DNA of 64,000 nt from Eledone cirrhosa (Eukaryota), in the NCBI GenBank assembly GCA_964016885.1, contig OZ024757.1, positions 40,734,001 to 40,798,000 of the forward strand. Direction: 5' to 3'. Below, piece after piece: positions 1 through 13,542 of the stretch (positions within the stretch are counted from its first letter, which is position 1; every line of letters begins with the position of its first letter). The notes under the pieces are model-generated. The model was not told the origin of the DNA, ran no database searches, and saw nothing but the letters and a program-made list of their open reading frames with translations. The position numbers and the translations under genes were made by a program.

Positions 1-3000
1 ATCTCTTAGAAAAAAACTGAAAAAGTTTAGTGAGAGCCCCAATGAGTAATTATCACATTTTTTTTAATTTTAATTATATATAATTATATATAATTTAATT
101 TGATTTAATTAAACTTTTTTTAAAAGTAGGTTTATAAGTATTGATTTTCAGTCAATCTTCGTAGCTGTCTCTGTGGCTTAGTGGGAAGTGGAGAGACGTT
201 GGTGATCCTGGTCTGGGTTTCAATCTTGACGGGACAGACATGTAGAGTGTTCCATTCACTTTTTTTTCAGTTTTCTTTTGACATCTCTTAGAAAAAAACT
301 GAAAAAGTTTAGTGAGAGCCCCAATGAGTAATTATCACATTTTTTTAAATTTTAATTATATATAATTATATATAATTTAATTTGATTTAATTAAACTTTT
401 TTTAAAAGTAGGTTTATAAGTATTGATTTTCAGTCAATCTTTGTAGCTGTCTCTGTGGCTTAGTGGGAAGTGGAGAGACGTTGGTGATCCTGGTCTGGGG
501 TTCAATCTTGACGGGACAGACATGTAGAGTGTTCCATTCACTTTTTTTTCAGTTTTCTTTTGACATCTCTTAGAAAAAAACTGAAAAAGTTTAGTGAGAG
601 CCCCAATGAGTAATTATCACATTTTTTTTAATTTTAATTATATATAATTATATATAATTTAATTTGATTTAATTAAACTTTTTTTAAAAGTAGGTTTATA
701 AGTATTGATTTTCAGTCAATCTTTGTAGCTGTCTCTGTGGCTTAGTGGGAAGTGGAGAGACGTTGGTGATCCTGGTCTGGGGTTCAATCTTGACGGGACA
801 GACATGTAGAGTGTTCCATTCACTTTTTTTTCAGTTTTCTTTTGACATCTCTTAGAAAAAAACTGAAAAAGTTTAGTGAGAGCCCCAATGAGTAATTATC
901 ACATTTTTTTTAATTTTAATTATATATAATTATATATAATTTAATTTGATTTAATTAAACTTTTTTTAAAAGTAGGTTTATAAGTATTGATTTTCAGTCA
1001 ATCTTCGTAGCTGTCTCTGTGGCTTAGTGGGAAGTGGAGAGACGTTGGTGATCCTGGTCTGGGGTTCAATCTTGACGGGACAGACATGTAGAGTGTTCCA
1101 TTCACTTTTTTTTCAGTTTTCTTTTGACATCTCTTAGAAAAAAACTGAAAAAGTTTAGTGAGAGCCCCAATGAGTAATTATCACATTTTTTTAAATTTTA
1201 ATTATATATAATTATATATAATTTAATTTGATTTAATTAAACTTTTTTTAAAAGTAGGTTTATAAGTATTGATTTTCAGTCAATCTTTGTAGCTGTCTCT
1301 GTGGCTTAGTGGGAAGTGGAGAGACGTTGGTGATCCTGGTCTGGGGTTCAATCTTGACGGGACAGACATGTAGAGTGTTCCATTCACTTTTTTTTCAGTT
1401 TTCTTTTGACATCTCTTAGAAAAAAACTGAAAAAGGTTAGTGAGAACCCCAATGAGTAATTATCACATTTTTTTTAATTTTAATTATATATAATTATATA
1501 TAATTTAATTTGATTTAATTAAACTTTTTTTAAAAGTAGGTTTATAAGTATTGATTTTCAGTCAATCTTCGTAGCTCTCTCTGTGGCTTAGTGGGAAGTA
1601 GAAAGAGAGACGTTGGTGATCCTAGTCTGGGGTTTAGTCCTGGTCGGGAGAGACATGTTGACCGTCATATTGTATTTTAATTTAATTTAATTTAATTTAA
1701 CTTCAGATAATTAATTTAATCTAATTCTTCTTTGAAAGTAGATTTACAAGTATCAACTTTCAAGGTCTGGGGTTCAATTATGGTCGAGAGATACAAGTAG
1801 GGTGTCGTATTCCCTTTTTTTTCAGTTTTCCTTTGACCTCTCTTAGAAAAAACTGTAAAAGGTTAGTGTGAACCCCAATGAGTAATTATCACATTTTTAT
1901 TTTATTTTATTTTAATTATATATAATTTAATATAATTTAATTTGATTTAATTAAACTTTTTTTTAAAGTAGGTTTATAAGTATTGATTTTCAGTCAATCT
2001 TCGTAGCTGTCTCTGTGGCTTAGTGGGAAGTTGAGAGACTTTGCTGATCCTTGCCGGTAGAGACATGTAGGGTGTCTTGTATTCACTTTTTTTCAGTTTT
2101 GATTTGACATCTCTTAGAAAAAAACTGAAAAAAGGTTAGTGTGAACCCCAATGAGTAATTATCATATTTTATTTTATTTTATTTTAATTTTATATAATTT
2201 AATCTAATTTAATTTGATTTAATTAAACTTTTTTTAAATGTAGGTTTATAAGTATTGATTTTCAGTCAATCTTTGTAACTGTCTCTCTAGCTTAGTGGGA
2301 AGTAGAGAGACGTTGGTGATCCTGGTCTGGGGTTCAATCTTTCCGGGAGAGACATGTAGTGTGTTGTATTCACTTTTTTTTCAGTTTTGTTTTGACATCT
2401 CTTAGAAAAAAACTGAAAAAGGTTAGTCAGAACCCCAATGAGTAATTATTACATTTTATTTTATTTTAATTATATATAATTATATATAATTTAATTTGAT
2501 TTAATTAAACTTTTTTTTAAAGTAGGTTTATAAGTATTGATTTTCAGCCATTCTTTGTAGCTGTCTCTGTGGCTTAGTGGGAAGTGGCGAGACGTTGGTG
2601 ATCCTGGTCTGGGGTTCAATCTTGCCGGGAGATGCATGTAGGGTGCTGTATTCACTTTTTTTTCAGTTTTCTTTTGACATCTCTTAGAAAAAACTGTAAA
2701 AGGTTAGTGTGAACCCCAATGAGTAATTATCACATTTTTTTTAATTTTAATTATATATAATTATATATAATTTAATTTGATTTAATTAACCTTTTTTTAA
2801 AAGTAGGTTTATAAGTATTGATTTTCAGTCAATCTTTGTAGCTGTCTCTGTGGCTTAGTTGGAAGTAGAGAGACGTTGTGGATCCTGGTCTGGGGTTCAA
2901 TCTTGCCGGGAGAGACATGTAGACCGTCATATTAATTTTTTTTCAATTTTCCATTTGCATCTCTTAGAATAAAACTGAGAGTTGAAGGACAAGGCCAGTG

Positions 3001-6000
3001 TGTAATTATTTCATTATATTGTCTTTTAATATAATTTAATTTAATTTAACTTCAGATAATTAATTTAATCTAAATCTTCTTTGAAAGTAGATTTATAAGT
3101 ATCAATTTTCAAGGTCTGGGGTTCAATCGTGGTCGAGAGATACAAGTAGGGTGTCGTATTCCCTTTTTTTTCAGTTTTCCTTTGACATCTCTTAGAAAAA
3201 ACTGTAAAAGGTTAGTGTGAACCCCAATGAGTAATTATCACATTTTTTTTTTTTTATTTTAATTATATATAATTTAATCTAATTTAATTTGATTTAATTA
3301 AACTTTTTTTAAAAGTAGGTTTATAAGTATTGATTTTCAGTCAATCTTCGTAGCTGTCTCTGTGGCTTAGTGGGAAGTGGAGAGACGTTGGTGATCCTGG
3401 TCTGGGGTTCAATCTTGACGGGACAGACATGTAGAGTGTTCCATTCACTTTTTTTTCAGTTTTCTTTTGACATCTCTTAGAAAAAAACTGAAAAAGTTTA
3501 GTGAGAGCCCCAATGAGTAATTATCACATTTTTTTAAATTTTAATTATATATAATTATATATAATTTAATTTGATTTAATTAAACTTTTTTTAAAAGTAG
3601 GTTTATAAGTATTGATTTTCAGTCAATCTTTGTAGCTGTCTCTGTGGCTTAGTGGGAAGTGGAGAGACGTTGGTGATCCTGGTCTGGGGTTCAATCTTGA
3701 CGGGACAGACATGTAGAGTGTTCCATTCACTTTTTTTTCAGTTTTCTTTTGACATCTCTTAGAAAAAAACTGAAAAAGTTTAGTGAGAGCCCCAATGAGT
3801 AATTATCACATTTTTTTTAATTTTAATTATATATAATTATATATAATTTAATTTGATTTAATTAAACTTTTTTTAAAAGTAGGTTTATAAGTATTGATTT
3901 TCAGTCAATCTTTGTAGCTGTCTCTGTGGCTTAGTGGGAAGTGGAGAGACGTTGGTGATCCTGGTCTGGGGTTCAATCTTGACGGGACAGACATGTAGAG
4001 TGTTCCATTCACTTTTTTTTCAGTTTTCTTTTGACATCTCTTAGAAAAAAACTGAAAAAGTTTAGTGAGAGCCCCAATGAGTAATTATCACATTTTTTTT
4101 AATTTTAATTATATATAATTATATATAATTTAATTTGATTTAATTAAACTTTTTTTAAAAGTAGGTTTATAAGTATTGATTTTCAGTCAATCTTCGTAGC
4201 TGTCTCTGTGGCTTAGTGGGAAGTGGAGAGACGTTGGTGATCCTGGTCTGGGGTTCAATCTTGACGGGACAGACATGTAGAGTGTTCCATTCACTTTTTT
4301 TTCAGTTTTCTTTTGACATCTCTTAGAAAAAAACTGAAAAAGTTTAGTGAGAGCCCCAATGAGTAATTATCACATTTTTTTAAATTTTAATTATATATAA
4401 TTATATATAATTTAATTTGATTTAATTAAACTTTTTTTAAAAGTAGGTTTATAAGTATTGATTTTCAGTCAATCTTTGTAGCTGTCTCTGTGGCTTAGTG
4501 GGAAGTGGAGAGACGTTGGTGATCCTGGTCTGGGGTTCAATCTTGACGGGACAGACATGTAGAGTGTTCCATTCACTTTTTTTTCAGTTTTCTTTTGACA
4601 TCTCTTAGAAAAAAACTGCAAAAGGTTAGTGAGAACCCCAATGAGTAATTATCACATTTTTTTTAATTTTAATTATATATAATTATATATAATTTAATTT
4701 GATTTAATTAAACTTTTTTTAAAAGTAGGTTTATAAGTATTGATTTTCAGTCAATCTTTGTAGCTGTCTCTGTGGCTTAGTGGGAAGTGGAGAGACGTTG
4801 GTGATCCTGGTCTGGGGTTCAATCTTGACGGGACAGACATGTAGAGTGTTCCATTCACTTTTTTTTCAGTTTTCTTTTGACATCTCTTAGAAAAAAACTG
4901 AAAAAGTTTAGTGAGAGCCCCAATGAGTAATTATCACATTTTTTTTAATTTTAATTATATATAATTATATATAATTTAATTTGATTTAATTAAACTTTTT
5001 TTAAAAGTAGGTTTATAAGTATTGATTTTCAGTCAATCTTTGTAGCTGTCTCTGTGGCTTAGTGGGAAGTGGAGAGACGTTGGTGATCCTGGTCTGGGGT
5101 TCAATCTTGACGGGACAGACATGTAGAGTGTTCCATTCACTTTTTTTTCAGTTTTCTTTTGACATCTCTTAGAAAAAAACTGAAAAAGGTTAGTGAGAAC
5201 CCCAATGAGTAATTATCACATTTTTTTTAATTTTAATTATATATAATTATATATAATTTAATTTGATTTAATTAAACTTTTTTTAAAAGTAGGTTTATAA
5301 GTATTGATTTTCAGTCAATCTTCGTAGCTCTCTCTGTGGCTTAGTGGGAAGTAGAAAGAGAGACGTTGGTGATCCTAGTCTGGGGTTTAGTCCTGGTCGG
5401 GAGAGACATGTTGACCGTCATATTGTATTTTAATTTAATTTAATTTAATTTAACTTCAGATAATTAATTTAATCTAATTCTTCTTTGAAAGTAGATTTAC
5501 AAGTATCAACTTTCAAGGTCTGGGGTTCAATTATGGTCGAGAGATACAAGTAGGGTGTCGTATTCCCTTTTTTTTCAGTTTTCCTTTGACATCTCTTAGA
5601 AAAAACTGTAAAAGGTTAGTGTGAACCCCAATGAGTAATTATCACATTTTTATTTTATTTTATTTTAATTATATATAATTTAATCTAATTTAATTTGATT
5701 TAATTATACTTTTTTTAAATGTAGGTTTATAAGTATTGATTTTCAGTCAATCTTTGTAGCTGTCTCTGTGGCTTAGTGGGAAGTGGCGAGACGTTGGTGA
5801 TCCTGGTCTGGGGTTCAATCTTGCCGGGAGAGACATGTAGGGTGTTGTATTCAGTTTTCTTTTGACATCTCTTAGAAAAAACTGTAAAAGGTTAGTGTGA
5901 ACCCCAATGAGTAATTATCACATTTTTATTTTATTTCATTTTAATTATATATAATTTAATCTAATTTAATTTGATTTAATTAAACTTTTTTTAAATGTAG

Positions 6001-7190
6001 GTTTATAAGTATTGATTTTCAGTCAATCTTTGTAGCTGTCTCTGTGACGTAGTGGGAAGTTGAGAGACGTTGGTGATCCTGGTCTGGGGTTCAATCTTGC
6101 CGGGAGAGACATGTAGGGTGTCGTATGCACTTTTTTTCAGTTTTCCTTTGACATCTCTTAGAAAAAAACTGTAAAAGGTTAGTCAGAACCCCAATGAGTA
6201 ATTATCACATTTTTATTTTATTTTATTTTAATTATATATAATTTGATCTAATTTAATTTGATTTAATTAAACTTTCTTTTAAAGTAGGTTTATGAGTATT
6301 GATTTTCAGTCAATCTTCGTAGCTGTCTCTGTGGCTTAGTGGGAAGTGGAGAGACTTTGCTGATCCTGGTCTGGGGTTCAATCTTTGCCGGCAGAGACAT
6401 GTAGGGTGTCGTGTATTCACCTTTTTTCAGTTTTGATTTGACATCTCTTAGAAAAAAACTGAAAAAGGTTAGTGAGAACCCCAATGATTAATTATCTCAT
6501 TTTATTTTATTTTAATTATATATAATTAGATATAATTTAATTTGATTTAATTAAACTTTTTTTTAAAGTAGGTTTATAAGTATTGATTTTCAGTCAATCT
6601 TTGTAGCTGTCTCTGTGGCTTAGTGGGAAGTAGAGAGACGTTGGTGATCCTAGTCTGGGGTGCAGTCCTGGTCGGGAGAGACATGTTGACCGTCATATTA
6701 ATTTTTGTTGTCGTATGAAATATTTTTCAATGTTTCTTTTACATCTCTTAGAACAGAAAAAAATGAAGTTTAATGAGAACCCCAATGTGTAATTATTTTA
6801 TTTTATTTTATTCTATCTTGATTTAATTTAATATAATTTGATTTAATTAATTTAATTTTAAATTGAAAGTAGGTTTATAAGTATCAATTTTCAGTAAGTC
6901 TTCGTAGCTGTTTCGTTGAACTATTTGGAGATGTAGAGACGGTAGAACTTGTAACCTGTGGATCACATTCCCTCTGGAGATGCATGAAGGCTATCGTATT
7001 AATCGTTTTGAATTTTTCTTTATATATCTTTTAGAATAAAAACTGGAAAATGTTAATGAGAACCCCATGTGTATTTATTTCATTATATTTCATTTTATTG
7101 AAATTTAATTTAATTTAATTTAGTTTAATTTAATTTAATATATTTTGAAAGTAGCTTTATAAGTAGTAATTTTCTCTAGATTTTTGTAGC
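1..7190 (+). repeat. 282-bp tandem satellite (~25 monomers) with a tRNA-like segment in each monomer; continues off the left edge
   Basis: ATCTCTTAGAAAAAAACTG recurs at 1, 283, 565, 847 and onward. Monomers are near-identical, with variant monomers interspersed and progressive decay after ~6650. Confidence 0.97.
167..268 (+). ncRNA. tRNA-like Pol III cassette within the satellite monomer (representative copy)
   Basis: GTCTCTG start, A-box TGGCTTAGTGG, D-stem GCTT/AAGT, B-box-like GGTTCAATC (in most monomers; this copy reads GTTTCAATC), AGAGAC acceptor partner in variant monomers, then a T8 run. Anticodon and T stems pair poorly. Confidence 0.5.
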
Positions 7191-7569
7191 TAGAAAACCT
7201 TTAAAATAATTGAACCAGTCACGTCATGGTAGACCCTGGAATGTAAATCTCCACATTGGATCAACCGTCGTACTCCTATGAAAACGGAACCGTTTCACCG
7301 AAAGATGAAAATTAAGTTTAGGTCGATTCAGGCACTTTCTCCCATTTTTCACTCTAGTGAAGAAGACCAAAATCTTAAGTAATCGATAATTAGTATTGAT
7401 TAGCGTAATTTTATATTTATGTATTTGTTTATTTATTTATTTAAGATTATAACATTTGAATATTATTGAAAGTTCCACAAAAGACGCATCGATTTTTTCT
7501 TGTGATTTTATTCTTTATTTTATCTTATTTTATTTTACTTGAAATTGCAGAGATAGAAATAGAATTAGT

Positions 7570-7619
<50 letters not shown>

Positions 7620-7646
7620 CATAGATAGATAGATAGATATATAGGG

Positions 7647-7714
<68 letters not shown>

Positions 7715-7842
7715 GACAGAGAGAGTGAAAGAGAGTGAAATAGAATTAGTCAGGAGGGAGGAATGAAGGAGAAAGAGGAAAAAGAGTTATGAGATAGATA
7801 GATATATAGATAGATAGATAGATAGATAGGTGTATATATATT

Positions 7843-7940
<98 letters not shown>

Positions 7941-8103
7941 GAGAGAGAGAGAGGTTGATATAGCGAGTGTGTAACTGAAAGAGAGAGATAGAGAATCAGA
8001 GAAGGGAGATGGAGATCTGAAGAAGGAAGAGTGAGCCACGTAATTGAAAGACAAAGACAACAGACGCAGCATCTTAAAGAGATGGCTCCTGCTGATGAAT
8101 GCT

Positions 8104-8154
<51 letters not shown>

Positions 8155-8863
8155 GCTGCCATTTTTTTTCACCAGTTTCACTATTTTTTCTCTTACTTCT
8201 TCTCCTTTAGGTTTGTTATTAGTAACAAGGATAATTGTTTTATAGCGACATTAGCCATGAACGGGTGTGAGGAGGGTCGGAGAGTCGGGGGTATGGTAGA
8301 TGGAGAGATGCTGGTGGTGATGGTGGTAGAGCTGCTGGTAGTTTTGTTGTTGTTAGTGGTAGTGGTGGTGTTCGTGGTGGTGGTGGTGGTGTTGGTGGTG
8401 GTGGTGGTGGTGGTTGTGGTGGTGGTGCTGGTGGTGCTGGTAGCGAGGGTGGTGGTGGTGGTGCTGGTGGTAGTGGTGGTGTGGTAGGGGTGTACGGGTG
8501 TGTGATTACGTGAAGAGACTATTTATGACGTGGGTTAGTTACTGTCTTCATGAGCTTTTGACAATCAGAACAACAACAACAAAATCAATAAAAACAACAA
8601 AAACAACAACAATAACAACAAAAACAATAACAGCAACAACAGCGGCAACAACAACAAAGGAAACAGCAACAATAAAACAATAAGAGCAGAAATGAAACAA
8701 AAAAAAAACGACAAAAAATGAGACGACATCAACAACAACAAAAACAGTAGCAGCAACAACAACAACAGCAATACATGAATAAAAATGAAAATAAATAAAT
8801 AAAATAAACAAAATGGTGCGAAAATCTATATTGTATTGCAAGATAAAACGAAAAAAAATGTAT

Positions 8864-8921
<58 letters not shown>

Positions 8922-8948
8922 GTATATGTATGTATTTATATATACTTT

Positions 8949-8988
<40 letters not shown>

Positions 8989-9270
8989 CAATTAAAAGAT
9001 CGAAACGAAAACATTAAATTATAAACAAGGAAAATATATAAAGTACACCAATAAAATATAATGTATAACACTACAAAAAGTAACATATATATATATACAC
9101 ATACATATATCTATACATATATACATACATATATCTACATATATATCTACACACACACACATATATATATATACATATATATGTATATATGTATATGTGT
9201 GTGTATATATATATATATGCATATATATATATGTGTATATGTGTGTGTATATATATATATATATATATAC

Positions 9271-9355
<85 letters not shown>
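7570..9355. repeat. Compound microsatellite field: (GATA)n, (TA)n, (CA)n, (GA)n, (ATT)n, (GGT)n, (AAC)n
   Basis: Read directly from the sequence. Confidence 0.95.
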
Positions 9356-9357
<2 letters not shown>

Positions 9358-9623
9358 GTCGCATTAAAGGCTGGTTGACTTATTTCTTCATTCAGTTCCT
9401 TATATTAAAGATGTCCCTAACAGTGAAAACGATTAATCAAACGAATATATTTTTAGATTATTTTGTAATGGAGGAGAATAGCTTTAGTGAGTTTGTTGAG
9501 ACAGCTAGACAACGCGAGTGTTTGGTGAAATGGTTCCACGTCTCTTTTGAAGACGAGTACTTAATAGTTTAGGCAAAATTATATTTTATTTCATCCATCA
9601 TCCTTAGGCGAGACATCAAGCGC

Positions 9624-9966
9624 AACCTCAGCCATCAACCTCAGCCATCAACCTCAGCCATCAAACTCAGCTGTCAGCCTCAGCTGTCAGCCTCAGTTGC
9701 TCCATCAAGGTCTATAGGTCATTTTTGTCTGTTCCAGTGTCTCTTGCTATGCTATACAGTTATTTGTGTTTTTTGTCTTCTAATCTATAGTCCCTAGGCT
9801 AAACAGCAAGGAAAAGTTCACACCAGCAGTGTATTGTCCTCCATCAACTTTTGTAGGTCGTCCCTGTGAGCTCCAATGTCTCTTGCTATAGTATAAACTT
9901 TTGAGTTTCGTCTTCTTATCCATACCCCCTAGGCCAGAGAGCAAGTCCAACTTCACACCAGCAGTC
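9624..9966. repeat. Short 12-13-bp tandem repeat (AACCTCAGCCATC-like) followed by a diverged ~140-bp duplication
   Basis: CCTCAGC units at 9624-9697. CCATCAA...TGTCTCTTGCTAT...CTAGGC...TTCACACCAGCAGT occurs twice. Confidence 0.7.
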
Positions 9967-10020
<54 letters not shown>

Positions 10021-10022
<2 letters not shown>

Positions 10023-10210
10023 CGAAGGAAATGTGGTAAGGAACCAGGTGGACCATAACGCACCAAAGTACTCAATACTTGGGGTAGTAGAGTGGGTAAT
10101 AGGAACCAGTAAGACCCCGACGGCTGAGCTCAAGCCGTTTCGACGGCTAATTCTGGTCCAGAATTAGCCGTCGAAACGGCTTGAGCTCAGCCGTCGGGGT
10201 CTTACTGGTT

Positions 10211-10215
<5 letters not shown>
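10021..10215. mobile_element. Fold-back Penelope-like terminal fragment (family A) in (TA)n
   Basis: Perfect 58-bp-arm palindrome 10099-10215 centred on 10157. Each arm has GAAACGGCT-TGAGCTC-AGCCGTC, a hammerhead stem III plus GUC. Confidence 0.75.
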
Positions 10216-10253
<38 letters not shown>

Positions 10254-11080
10254 GGGAAATTGTTCAAGGATATACCGCATCACGCAGTACAGGAATCAAA
10301 CTTGCCACCGCTGGATTACTAACCTAACTCTCTAACCACTAAGACAGCCAGCCTCATGTTAATATTACAACTAGCACAAATTTTACAAACTGGTGTGGGG
10401 TCAACTTAATCAATTTATTGCATGATCAGAACTACCAAATATTTTGTATTCATGAAGCGTGGAAGGCAATTGTCTGATATATTCTTAATGTATTATCTTG
10501 AAGATAAAGCTATTTATAAACAGAATAAGCTTGTAAATAGTGGCAATATTTCTCTCTTTTTGACATTTCTGATCAAATAATTTTATAGCTCTAACTCTAA
10601 CTATTGCTATTGCTTCGTATATATATATATACATATATAGATGGAGAGAGACAGAGTGAGAGAGATAGAAATATATAGATAGATAGATGTAAAAATATAT
10701 ATAATATATATATGAATATATTAGATATATTTATATTATATATATGTATATATAAATATATACATTCACACATATATAACATGCCTACATGCATATACAC
10801 GCATACATACGCAATTATACATGCATAGACATACGTACATATACATACACACGTAATTTCGAGTGCTAGACAAGTATAATATTTGAGACGTATTAACAAT
10901 TTTATGATATTTCTCTAAATTACACATAGGTGGCGTTAGTAGTTTGCCGGATATACACACATATATTACACACCTATATTACACATCTTTTTAATTGGAA
11001 TGTCAATCAAGTGGTAGCTTAGTGAAACCGTACTGACCCTGTACACACCGACCTTATATTTCTGCTTACACACGCACACA

Positions 11081-11128
<48 letters not shown>

Positions 11129-12210
11129 TGTATTTGTGTGTGTGTATGTGTGTGTGTGGAGTACAATCCTGTATATTGTGTATGGACCATTCTAAGATAT
11201 GTGGTATTTATGAATAGATAGAGAAACGTAAGAAAATAAAATCCAAAAATATTGTTTCCATAATGAACTTCGTGATATTTTAAGAATAGTACATTTTTAC
11301 CCAAGTGACAAGAATGTAATTTTAGTGATGACCTCAAGCGGTTCTCCAACGCCATCAAACTGGGTCAGAGGATTTGCTGACATACACAAATCAGTGTAGA
11401 CACATTAGCCAATTAGTTTCATGTTACTTAAACCTGCTGTTAAATATTGATCTAATGTTTTCTGGCAGTTTAACCAGGTTAGGAGGTACAGCAGAGTTAC
11501 AGCAGAGTTACAGCATCAATGTACGTTGTGGGTTGTTCAAGGATTTGGAGATTCAGAAAATTTAGAGAGTTTAACCTTAACCACGGGGGACGTGGTTTGT
11601 AAATTTTAAATAGAATGGACTTCGTGAAAGATGGTCACGTGTTAAGTGGTGGTTTTACATAGAGCATTGGTGTGATGTAAATAAGTGGAAAGGTTTGATA
11701 TTTATTCAGTGAGGAAATAGATATAGATCCCAAAACGGAAATATTGTCCGTGGAGTAATGACTCGCAGCATGGAGTAAGGTTCCTGATTTAAGAATATCA
11801 GAGAAGAAGAAGAAGAAGAAGAAGAAGAAGAAGAAGAAGAAATCTGTATCGATTTCTGTCGATATTTTAAGGAAGGGCAACTAGAGAAACGTGAGACGTT
11901 TATTCGTTTCCTACAGATTTAAGTGCCTAAAGAAAATGAAATAGCCACCGCAAGGTATTGTCACAGCGTTTCTGACTCTGCTGACCGAGAATATAGATTT
12001 CATTCTTTATAGAACTGGCTACAATCTAATACTTGCACTGAATATTGCAGCAGTAGAGACAATTTGATGTGTCTGGAGGGTAATAAAAATTCTTCTTTAT
12101 TTCGATTTTTCGGGAAATGTTAGTCCATGCTGGAGATTTATGTATTGTGTGTGTATGTATGTACTGTATATATATATATATATATATATGTGTGTATATA
12201 TGTATATATA

Positions 12211-12287
<77 letters not shown>

Positions 12288-12484
12288 ATATATAATTTAT
12301 ATATATGTAATAATAATAAATAAATATATATGTATAAAGTATATATATATATATATAAAGTATATATATTATATATATATATATACTTTATACATATATA
12401 TATATATTTATATATATATATATACATATATAATTTATATATATATATATGGAATAATAATAAATATATATATATATATATATG

Positions 12485-12555
<71 letters not shown>

Positions 12556-12558
12556 AAA

Positions 12559-12592
<34 letters not shown>

Positions 12593-12873
12593 TGTTTATA
12601 TATATATATACATATATATCTGTGTGTGTGGATGTGGGTGTAAGCACATTACTTTCTATATTTAGCATAATGAATAAAATTGTTACATTCCGTCTATTTT
12701 CTCTACGTAAGGGAAAGAGGAGAATGTTTTGCATAAGAAAGAGTGGACTCGATTTTAATGTATATCACAGTCATTGTAATCATCATCATCACAATGGTGA
12801 TGAATTGGTAGAATTGGTAGAATTGGTAGACAGTCATATATATATATATATATATATTACCACAATTCCTTTG

Positions 12874-12931
<58 letters not shown>

Positions 12932-12933
<2 letters not shown>

Positions 12934-13135
12934 CAAAGGAATTGTGGTAAGGGACCAGATGGACCATAATGCATCAGAGTACTCAATACTTAAGGTAGTA
13001 GAGTGTGAAATAGTAAAAAGTAAGACCTCGACGACAGAGCTCAAGCCGTTTCGACGGCTATTTCTGGACTATTTCAGTCCAGAAATAGCCGTCGAAACGG
13101 CTTGAGCTCTGCCGTAGGGGTCATACTTTTTCCTA
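12932..13135. mobile_element. Fold-back Penelope-like terminal fragment (family A) in (TA)n
   Basis: Homologous to 10021-10215; palindrome centred at ~13073. Confidence 0.75.
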
Positions 13136-13154
13136 TATATATATATATTATTTC

Positions 13155-13325
13155 TGGTATTTGCTCCGGCTCTTTATGTTCTGAGTTTCTATTCTGCCGA
13201 AGTCAACTTTGTTTTTTGTCTTTTCATCAATCAAGTTTGATAAAATGAAGTACCAGTAATATACTGGTGGAAATTTAAATTGGCATTCCCCCTTCTCTCA
13301 AATTGTTCCTAAATTAGGAATTATT
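13155..13325 (+). mobile_element. tRNA-derived SINE family 1, diverged copy
   Basis: GTTCTGAGTT...CCGAAGTCAACTTTG...GATAAAATGAAGTACCAGT, matching the other family 1 copies. Confidence 0.65.
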
Positions 13326-13487
13326 CTAATCATGTACCCACACACACATGCACACACATATATATGTGTATATAATGTGTATGTATATATATATATATAT
13401 ATACTTGCTCTACGGTTCTTATCTATTTCATATATATTTATCCTTATCGAGCCCTCTTTGGATTTTAGTCTTCAAATTTATTATTAT

Positions 13488-13542
<55 letters not shown>

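Noticed and set aside
6290-6484. 64-aa ORF in the satellite
   Set aside because: It is a chance opening in one variant monomer; the others have stops.
1-7190. CRISPR array or functional tRNA gene cluster
   Set aside because: Whole monomers repeat with no unique spacers, the context is eukaryotic, and the anticodon and T arms do not form a valid cloverleaf.
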